Shown here piece by piece: positions 62,446 to 64,000 of a DNA stretch of 64,000 nucleotides. Position numbers and translations under genes: made by a program. Source of the DNA: Macrostomum lignano (taxonomy: Eukaryota); contig NIVC01000393.1 of assembly GCA_002269645.1 (NCBI GenBank), forward strand, positions 124,001 through 188,000. Direction: 5' to 3'. The notes beneath the pieces are model-generated. The model worked only from the letters and a program-made list of their open reading frames with translations. It had not been told where the DNA came from and searched no databases. Position 1 is the first letter of the stretch, and each line of letters starts with the position of its first letter.

Positions 62446-62797
62446 AGCATCAATATCTGTATCGCTGTCGATGTTGTCCTCTTTATTCATGTTTACGAGT
62501 TATAATATCAATCGTTCAGTTCTTTGAGGGCCTTTCTGCTTCAAAAGACGTCACTACATATACATGTCAGAAAAAAACACCCAATAAAGAGAAAAAAAGT
62601 TGGTCGGATAGTTTAGAATGTTTCGCTAAATCGATATTTCTTAACAATTTAGCTCTTTCAGGCTGATTTTAATTGGTTGACAGTTCACATTGAAATCGAG
62701 AGTTTCAAAGCAGGCCTAAAGGAGTTTGATCAGAAGACTCAATCTCTTCGTCAAGTTCCGATTGAATTCAAAAGTACATCTGTCTTCAGCTCGACCC

Positions 62798-63621
62798 TCA
62801 GGACAGGCATAGCGGCGCGGTGGACGATCCGACCTGCTCCACGGTCGCTCGACCGTTCGAGTCCAAGTTCGCTCCACTTGTCTTCACGATGTTCTTCGCC
62901 TCTGCCGCCACAAAGCTGCCACCGCCGCCGCCGCCGCCACCCTTCTTGCCTCCACCGCCGCCGCCTCCAGAGTAGCCGCCGCCTCCACCGCCGCCAGATT
63001 TCTTTTTGCCGCCTCCGCCTCCACCGCCGCCGTAGCCGCCAAACGAGAAGTCTTCGTCACCGTTGCCCCCGCTCCAACCTTTGCCAAAACTCTCTCCGCC
63101 GAAACCACTATCTTTACCGGACCCGTCTTGGCCTGCCGACTTCCAGCCGGCGCCGGCACCGCCGTTTTCTTTTCCGGAAGTGCTCGCATGGCCGCCGTGG
63201 CCGCCTGCGCCGCCGGCACCGGCATCATCGCCGCCGCCGCTGGTCCCGGCCTCGGCGCTGCTCCCGTCAATTCCATTGCAGACGTCTTTGGATTCGCTGC
63301 CGCCACCTCCGCCCCCGCCGGCCGCCACCAGAGGCAGCGCCGTCGATGTGTCGATGCCGTTGACATAGATGAAGGTGCCGCCACCGCCACCAGCTGAGTC
63401 ATCGTCCTCTGGTGCGTCGCCGCCTGCTTTGCCAACGATAATCGCCAGGGTGATGCCTGCGGTCAGCTTGAAGTGTCCGGATACGTGGGCGCCCCTACCG
63501 CCAGGTTTGCCGCCGTCGACATTGCCGCCTCGGGCGCCCCAGGCGCTGATCTTGTAGCAGCCGGTTGTGACGATGGCGTGGGTCAAGATAGTGCCAACCT
63601 GATTGCTTCCAATAAGCGGGG
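62798..63621 (-). CDS. Exon encoding an ALK/LTK-type glycine-rich extracellular domain
   Basis: TGCYKISAWGARGG...GGRGAHVSGHFKLTAGITLAIIVGKAG...AGGGGGTFIY...PLVAAGGGGG...FGGYGGGGG...GGGGSF; phase-1 CAG acceptor at 63622-63623. Confidence 0.82.
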
Positions 63622-63701
63622 CTGCAATGAATTCGTTAAGTACATTTTTTTCAAAAAGCATATTACGAGGTTTTGATTGAAACAAATAGATGAAGACTCA
63701 C

Positions 63702-64000
63702 CGGTCAAAGCCTGTTTGGGAGCAGTCGTAGTTGTACTCGTTGTTGTTGTTGTTTTTGGGGTCGTAGTGGTCGTCGTTGGAGTCGTGGTTGTTGTTGGAG
63801 TCGTGGTTGTTGTTGTTGGAGTCGTGGTTGTTGTTGGAGTCGTGGTCGTTGTTGTTGGAGTCGTGGTTGTTGTTGTTGGAGTCGTGGTTGTTGTTGTTGG
63901 AGTCGTGGTTGTTGTTGTTGGAGTCGTGGTTGTTGTTGTTGGAGTCGTGGTTGTTGTTGTTGGAGTCGTGGTTGTTGTTGTTGGAGTCGTAGTGGTCGTC
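63702..64000 (-). CDS. Upstream exon with a mucin-like (TTTTTTP)n stalk (18/21-bp coding repeat), runs off the window
   Basis: GTGAGT donor at 63701, phase 1, joins ...TTTAPKQALT-A-PLIGSNQ. Confidence 0.7.

Overview
Eukaryotic (animal) genomic DNA. GC-rich exons and minisatellite-filled introns resemble the flatworm Macrostomum lignano, but that is inference. From 1 to 30 kb it holds a 54-bp satellite, a BAP18/C17orf49 SANT gene (minus strand) and a complete 13-exon CEP135 gene (minus, 29981->9543, 4011 nt). All 12 GT-AG junctions of that gene keep frame, and 11 of its 12 introns carry their own tandem repeats. There is also a candidate internal alternative first exon. From 30 to 62 kb is a dense transposon cluster: a LINE RT fragment, mariner and IS630/Tc1 remnants, a degenerate Ty3/Gypsy element, a THAP fragment, an R1/LOA-like LINE with a 10-bp TSD inserted in a gag remnant, two Harbingers, an intron-containing Crypton tyrosine-recombinase fragment and several foldback elements. 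The most striking item is a 4081-bp mini-Maverick/Polinton at 44308-48388. It has AGTAGT termini, 332-bp TIRs that fold into racket hairpins and a 6-bp ACTATT TSD. It encodes adenovirus-pX-like core proteins and a PLA2-integrase fusion, but no polymerase, capsid, ATPase or protease. The window ends inside a gene for a Thr-rich stalk plus an ALK/LTK-type glycine-rich domain. No CRISPR, rRNA or true tRNA was found. Many single-base frameshifts lie in homopolymers and may be long-read errors.
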